A DNA stretch of 58,907 bases, the filler included, from Sluysia triapertura (Eukaryota): the NCBI GenBank assembly GCA_046118255.1. It is 4 parts of 4 records of this genome, joined end to end, with 100 filler letters (N's around TTAATTAATTAA, not from the genome) between each part and the next. Parts side by side here need not be neighbours in the genome. Positions count along the whole stretch, not along the records: positions 47,346 to 58,907 come from JBJNIA010183402.1; 3 more parts are not named here. The stretch is one strand, 5' to 3'. Below the pieces are notes generated by a model. That model was not told the DNA's origin, searched no databases, and saw only the letters and a list, made by a program, of their open reading frames with translations. The position numbers were made by a program, and so were the translations under genes. Within the stretch, counting starts at the first letter, position 1, and each line of letters starts with the position of its first letter. Positions 52,476 through 58,907 of this stretch are shown here, in pieces.

Positions 52476-53879
52476 ATGTCTTTACCTATAGAAGAATTTA
52501 GAGACTGTGTGTCTCACTTTGCTAAGGATATTAGGCCTACTATGACACTCCCTGAAATAAGAAAATTTAACGGTGCAGAGGAAGAACTATGTGACTTTCT
52601 TTTTGAATATAATAGTGTTGCAGAAGCAAATGGGTGGACTGAAATTGAAAAAATTAAGCATATACAAAATTAACTGGAGTTGCGATCCAGACTTATAAGG
52701 AGATAGATAACATTTATAAGTAAAATTGGCAAGAATTTGTAAATGCCTTCACCGAAAAATAGCTCTCGACGATATGAGAAAGTATTACAATAAGATGCTC
52801 AATGTAAGAAGACAAAAGAGTAAGGAAACTGTATATGAATTTGCATGCACATTAAAGTCTTTAGTAGCTAGAGCTAAAATTCCTGATGATAAAAAGGAAA
52901 ACGTTTTAATTGATAAGTTAAAAAATGGCCTGAGCTCAGAGTTAAGAGCGTATGCAAGTCTAATTGATGATTGACCTTTTAGAGATATTGTTAAAAATTA
53001 AGGGGCATCGAGAAATCTCGAGCTGAAGAAAAAGATAATATAAGTTACGTAAGTGATAACGAAGATAACTATAAAAATAGAAATTTTAAGAAAATGGAGT
53101 CCCCAAGATTTGAGTTTTAGAATTTTAATGATAATCATTTAGACTATAGAGTAAATAATTGTAATCCTACCAATCCTAATTTTAGAGGAAATAATTTTAG
53201 AACAAATAGAGCTCCAAGGTATGATGATTCTCAAGGCGGTAAAAATAATTTTAGAGAAGATAACTCTCCAACTTTTAGAAATAACAATAATTTTGGTTTT
53301 GGAGGTAATAATAGAACTTCAGGCTTCAACAGTTACGAATAAAGACCTGCACCGCGTTGGCTAAGTTCGGATGGTGAATATTTTGATCGACAAAATAATA
53401 GTAGTAACACTAGAAATAGGAACCCTTTTAAATTTAATGATAATAATCACTATAAGACTCAGACAAACATAGAAGGAAATGTAATATGTAATAACTGTGA
53501 TAAGCAAGATCACTATGCCAGAAATTGTAGAAAGTTAAGGACTGACACTTTAAATCAAAATCTCACCAAAATGCAAAATTATTCGAGAGGGACAAGTTCT
53601 GATAGAAAAGTAAGATTTAATGACGTTATGAATAAGAGTAAAGGACAAATAAATTATAATTATAATAAAATGCGAAATAGTTGCAATAATTACGAAGAAG
53701 AAACGTACGGAAATTATAATTCTGATGAAGAAAACTATAGGAGAGCAATGGAATTTAATAAAAGACATAAAGACGGATTTATTAATGAGTTTTCCAGAAT
53801 AAAAGTAGATGGTGACGATGATGATGAAAAAGAAGATAGATATAACAGACAAAAAGAAGAAGAAGGTGCATTATCTTGA
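52476..53879 (+). pseudogene. gag: retrotransposon gag (capsid + CCHC knuckle), disrupted by frameshifts and stops
   Basis: PEIRKFNGAEEELCDFLFEYNSVAEANGWTEIEK..., RQKSKETVYEFACTLKSLV..., and CNNCDKQDHYARNC (53487-53528, CX2CX4HX4C). Confidence 0.85.
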
Positions 53880-55620
53880 ATATTTAAAAAGAAAAAAGGA
53901 ATTGAAAGATAAGGAGAAAGATAACACAACAGATGCGGAATCGATAAGAAGTGAATAACTCAAAACAAATTCTATAATCAGTGAAGACGAAAATTCCAAT
54001 ACAAATGTAATTATTAACGAAGTTAGCTTATAAAACGAAAGTGAACCAGGACTAATAATTGTACCTGCCAATGAAGAGAGGAAATTAAATACACCAAAGT
54101 TAACTAAAAATGAAGAAATTAAGGCATTTCACTTAGATTTAAATCAAGAAATCTCAAATACAACAAGTATTGATAAAAATCTAGATGATTTACTCGATTC
54201 ATATTTAAATATGCGAAATGGACGTAGCATTAAATCTAATTTAGTTCTATTAAGTAAAGACGACAGCCCACATAAGTTTAAAGCAAGCAAAGTATCTCAC
54301 AAAACTAGCCGACTAGAAACAGTTGAAATACCCAAAGCATTAATGAATATTAAGATAATAATTAATTATTTAATGAATGCTAATATGTAAATGCCAGTTA
54401 CTACAAAGGTTGAGGAGATTATTAAATTAATTAAGTTAAGTGATCCGCCTATGATAGATATCAGATCATATTTTCACGATATAAATTTGTTACCCGATAA
54501 ATTTTTAAATAATTACGATTACCTTATTGGAATTCATGACGAAGCATTGAAAGCTTCTACTACCTATATGACTCAGGGTAAGCCCATTGATAATTTAATT
54601 CCGTGTGAGATTGTTATTGATAATATTGATTTAGATAATTTTCCTAATTCCTTTAAGAAGCAACTGATGGTTGATAACGATAATGTAGTTAATATTATTG
54701 ATGATAATAATTATAATATGGATAAGAAATTGGATTTAAATGATAACCCTAATGTAGAAACAAGCTATAAAGAAATTAATACTTTTAAGAGAGAACCTAG
54801 TAGGTCAATAAAAGTTGAATATAATGATGATGTAACAGTTCTGAATCTATTTCATAGAAATGCCATAGATTTAATAAAATTTATTTGCGATAGATTAAAT
54901 AACAAACTTCATAACAAGCTTAATTTATGCATTATTCTCCAACAAATTTGATGATTTTGATAAGTTTAAGAAAATACTCCCTATAATAAAAGACTATGGA
55001 TTTACATTAATTAAAATAATGAAGCAATTAGATGAAATCAGAAACTTAGGCAAGTTTATAGACACAAGTCAATATAAATTAGTAATTAATAAACAAATAA
55101 ACTCTGGTCTAAATAAAGAAAGACTTAAAATTATAATTGATTATATTGTATTCCGGTACGATAAGGTTAAGTTGCTCACTGTAGAAAAACTTCACAAAAT
55201 AATAAACTTTATAGATACGAAATTTAAGTTGATGATAGACAACCGAGGTGGCTGGAGAAACATAATTAAAGAGAAAGAAAACAAGATATTAATGGTACCT
55301 TCAACATACTTAATAATAATAACAAAACATTGAGTTCTATTGTACCAAGATTAGGAAATTTTGCGAATAATATTTTTTTATCATTATACTACTCATCATG
55401 CTCAAAATAAATAAACGAAAAAGAACGAAGACATTTGAGTTTAGTCAACCATACACAGGAAGAAAATTTTCATTATTATATAATGAAGATAGTTCCGAGC
55501 CAAAATCTAATAAAATAAGGATTAAGGATAGAATGTATTTAATAGCATACCACCCCTTTTTGCGCCAACTTCTAAAATAATGTCGGTTATAACCACACAT
55601 TTTTCAGAAGATTCCGACAA
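53880..55620 (+). pseudogene. broken A-rich reading frames downstream of gag, with possible integrase traces at the end
   Basis: ORFs 54391-54951, 55019-55333 and 55398-55580 have no protease or RT motifs. LMVP...IITKH, IAYHP and YNHTF (55280-55610) loosely follow gypsy integrase motif order. Confidence 0.35.
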
Positions 55621-56291
55621 AGTGAATTTAATTATATTTATGGCTATTTATAATTAATAATAAAAATTATTTTAAATTCTTCCTTTGGTTAAAATTAATT
55701 AAACTATTAATTTTAATACAGTTTATACTTTGTATATACTTCGAAATTAAGTAGTAAAATAAAAACATGAGCAAAGCAAGCCACAAGACTAGCATTGGAT
55801 TATATGACTTTTGTACCAGTAATTACGCAATCATTACATAGGAAAAATAAACTTGATACTAAACGAGATTTAGGTACTAACAATAAAAATATCACAATGA
55901 AGAAATTAATCAATCTAATCCCAACTAATATTAAATATAGTTTCAATACTACAATTATACAAAATCCTGCTTTTTATTTCTCATGTTACTCTATCCTTGT
56001 AATGATATTTATACTTTTCACTCTGCTTGCAACCAATCTTACGGTTGGAGTTATTAGATTCCATCTTTTTTTAAATGACAACGTAAACATGTTCTAAATT
56101 TTAGGAAAAGTATATTCTTCAATTAAATAACCTGCCTGTGGCAGTGGCATCACTATTTACCTGGCCTTAATTACTCGAAAATATACAATATCTTTTCGTA
56201 GCATCACCGGCAAATACATTAATAATTTTAGGATTTTGTTAATTTTCCATTAAATTTAATGAATTTCATTTAATTCGACTTAATTCCTTTT

Positions 56292-56792
56292 ATGGTATTC
56301 ATTTTTATATCTCTTCAATTTTGCTCAATCTGCCTTAGGCCTCTACGCAAATATAAAGCTCGCGTGATGTCTTGCACCCATCGCTTCCATTTTAGGTGCA
56401 TCTTCTTTATGACAATGCGCCTACTGACTATCCAACCCGGCCCTTATGTAGATCAACTATTACGTCTTGTAAAATTTTCTACAAAAAATCGATATAAACA
56501 TCAATATATTTTTGATACAGTTCATACTTCATCTTCATCATCTCTGGCACTTACTTTACTTTCTATTACTGTTTCTCAACCTTCTGATATAACTTGTCTT
56601 CCTTCAACTTCCACTTCTAATCCGCAACTTATTAAGCCACCTGTTTCACACCCCTCTGCCCTCACAAAATCTCAAAAGCGACACAGGCGGGAAGAGAGAG
56701 AGCTGAAACGTTTCTACAAGGTCAATGGTCTTTATAAAAAACGAAGAAATAATAAAGCCAAACCTTTCTTAAAACGCACTGGTCTCTCCTAA
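56292..56792 (+). pseudogene. RING-H2 zinc-finger ORF (frameshifted) inside the LTR element
   Basis: CSIC-x13-CTHRFHFRCI, then in a shifted frame YDNAPTDYPTRPLCRSTI (CPLCR with C>R, 56438-56461). Ser/Thr-rich linker and basic tail. Confidence 0.7.
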
Positions 56793-57436
56793 TTTTCTCT
56801 TTAAATTACGTATTTAGGCTGTATATAAATGATGGTTTATTAATAAAAATAATTTACCCTTATCAATTTTTGTGTTTGTATTTTATTTTGTAATTATGTT
56901 TTTATCTTCTTTTTATGTACATGTCACGTAATTCTAGATATCACAACCCAATGAAAAAATCTTTTTTCAAACTAAACCGTTTTATGGAGGCATTGACCAC
57001 TTTTCTAAACATAATGCCCCTTCTACTTCATTTTTAAATTCTAAATCAACCCCTAACCCTCTTAAATCCGAAATTAATGAAAATTTTGCCAAACATCTTT
57101 TTAGTTTATCGTTACTATTAATAAATTATTGGGTTTTTCAACAAACCACAGTTTTATCATTTTGGCAGCCTCACGAGGTGTTCTCAAGGTTACTTTGATA
57201 AGTAATTCTTTCCCTCTTCTTTTTCGTCTTTATGAGTGTTCGTCTTTGAAACTTGACAATATTTACCCTTCTCATACTATAAAAGTGGAAGCTGACGAAT
57301 ATCCCACAACATTTGCAGCACTTTTTCCTATCTTCCCTAGGAAGTCGAAATCGTATCTTATTCCTTTGTGAAACATTTCAGCGCATGGCAAGAACATTTA
57401 ACTTTCACCCATATTTCGTTCTTGCTCACTTTTTAG

Positions 57437-57900
57437 GAGAGCAAATTAATCTTTGTGGCATTCCACCACGTCTTAGATGTCAATAATGAACATCAAATTA
57501 TTCAGTTAGGTTTCATGCCCTACCATAGGAAATTTCATTCTATTGATATCATAAGACCACGAGTTCGCGTCCAGAATTTTTACAAAGAAATACACGGACT
57601 CAATGATCAAAATCTAACATCGCCTAAGAACATTGAAGACATTAAGAGCTTTTGGCTCGCATCTCTGTACGACACATTTTTGGTTTGTATTTACCCCGAA
57701 TTGGTTGTAAAAACATTAAATATTCCTTATGGTTGGTTGAGAGGAATGGTAAACCTCACCAATACCCATATCATGTCTTTCACCCGCCGATCCCATTATC
57801 AGGAGAAAACAAGTCTTAAAGTTATTATATCCATTTTTACCTAAAATGTCTTGTATGGATCTCATTCAGAACTCGATTCTCTTGTTTGATCATCTTAGGG
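57437..57900 (+). pseudogene. DEDDh/DnaQ exonuclease-fold domain lacking catalytic acids
   Basis: KLIFVAFH...HQIIQLG...FHSIDIIRPRVRV...KEIHGLNDQNL...FLV...TSLKVII...HSELD follows the DnaQ pattern (v.iD.E; IIeiG; i.P; iHGitde.L; lVaHN; sL..l; HrAldD). Confidence 0.55.
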
Positions 57901-58380
57901 CTATAGATCCATCTTTCCTTACGAAATGTCTGTCTTTACCCCTTCCTCTTTCTTCTTTTACTTCTTCTATTCTATCATCTCCTTCATACTCTCTTCATCC
58001 TTCTCCTCTTCTTATTCAACTACTTAGCTCCACCGAATCCGAGTCCACAGGCCAATTTATCGATCAATTCAACGCGCCGTCTCCTTATCATCCAGACTAC
58101 CAACATCAAGAATCACTGGTTCCATCGTGTGCCACAAAACATCGGTCGCCATGAGTCGATCTGGATGACTCCGAAGATGAATGGCTTAGTCCAACGGACA
58201 CTTTATATTGTTGAGACGAAATGAACATAGATATTTTTTAACATTTTCAATGATTCATATAATAATATACCTGATAACATAATAAATAATATGATTTTAT
58301 AAATGAGTATAAAATGATTTTAGTGTATGTACATTTTATTTTTTTTATAAATTTTTCAAATTTGTGGACAAATTTTTTTT

Positions 58381-58394
58381 GAGGGGGAAAGTGG
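58381..58394 (+). promoter_or_regulatory. polypurine tract
   Basis: T-tract followed by GAGGGGGAAAGTGG, immediately before the TG that starts the LTR. Confidence 0.75.
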
Positions 58395-58758
58395 TGTTAG
58401 GTCTGCCATCATGACCCTTTACAATCTCAGAAAATGTTTTAAAATTATTTCTAAGTGTCAAAAAACACCTAAAAAAGAAATTTATTTTCTCAAAAAGAAA
58501 ATTTTCTTCTATAAATAGAATAGAAGCTTCTAGAATGTTCTAGATCATTCCATCGATTTTCATTGGCTGATGACTAGTACATAAACTAGCATCAGTTTAA
58601 TAAAAATCGCCATTTTAAAATAGTCAGCCATTTAATTTTTTAGTCTTTGTAATATTTCAGTCTGTCAGCCATTTTGGAAAATTCTGGTTCAGTTATGCGT
58701 CTTATTAAAATTTGGTATCGAACAACTTCGTTAAAGGATTTGTTGGGATTGTCTAGTT
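58395..58758 (+). mobile_element. 3' LTR (U3 part), interrupted
   Basis: Starts TGTTAG after the PPT; homologous to the segments starting at 5037 and 6980; contains ATTGG, TACATAAA and AATAAA. Confidence 0.75.
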
Positions 58759-58907
58759 CAGCGATGGCGAACCTATGACCCACGGGTCAGACACTGACCC
58801 ACGCAACGATTTCAAGTGACCCACAAGTTAATTTTTTTCCAACAAATTCCAAATTTTTTTTAAAATGTTTTTTCAAACAAATTCTTAATTCCGATTTTTT
58901 TTACAAA
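58759..58907 (+). mobile_element. hAT (Charlie/Buster group) transposon end inserted in the LTR
   Basis: CAGCGATGGCGAACCTATGAC..., like the CAGTGATGGCGAACCTATG ends of Charlie-type hATs, with subterminal TGACCCAC repeats. Preceded by GTCTAGTT, which fits the nTCTAGAn target preference at all but one position. Confidence 0.75.

Larger units (their letters stand above)
50948..58758 (+). mobile_element. non-autonomous or decayed gypsy-like LTR retroelement with accessory ORFs
   Basis: LTR end ...CACAGCA (50997); PBS 51003-51020; leader; gag from 52476; unknown A-rich ORFs; RING and DEDDh-like ORFs; PPT 58381-58394; 3' LTR from 58395, cut by a hAT insertion at 58759. Confidence 0.8.

Noticed and set aside
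55795-56097. Hydrophobic ORF as a possible env
   Set aside because: No signal peptide, furin site or Cys pattern, and the hydrophobicity is explained by T-richness.

Overview
Very AT-rich eukaryotic (animal) genomic scaffold, probably a flatworm (inferred from the SMARCC sequence and the many 31-35 nt introns). It has three 100-nt assembly gaps, each with a TTAATTAATTAA linker. Two intact host genes lie head-to-head. On the minus strand is a piRNA-pathway TDRD12/Yb-family gene (Tudor, degenerate DEAD-box helicase, CCCH-like motif, Tudor; at least 15 exons, 33651 to 11310 or beyond). On the plus strand is the SWI/SNF core subunit SMARCC1/2 (11 exons, 38398-44509). The rest is mostly transposon debris (mariner, MULE-like, hAT, MITEs, an RLE-type LINE fragment), plus decayed Tyr-kinase and GPCR remnants and an isolated F-type lectin exon. 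The most interesting element is a family of gypsy-like LTR retroelements with two gag-bearing copies and several LTR pieces. The larger copy (about 50950-58760) has an LTR end, a tRNA-Lys PBS, a 1.45-kb TAAGTT-rich leader, and a gag with a CCHC knuckle and a conserved RKVRF motif. It has no recognisable protease or RT. Before the PPT and 3' LTR it carries accessory ORFs: a RING-H2 finger and a DEDDh-exonuclease-fold domain lacking its catalytic acids. All calls come from reading the sequence by eye; no searches were run.
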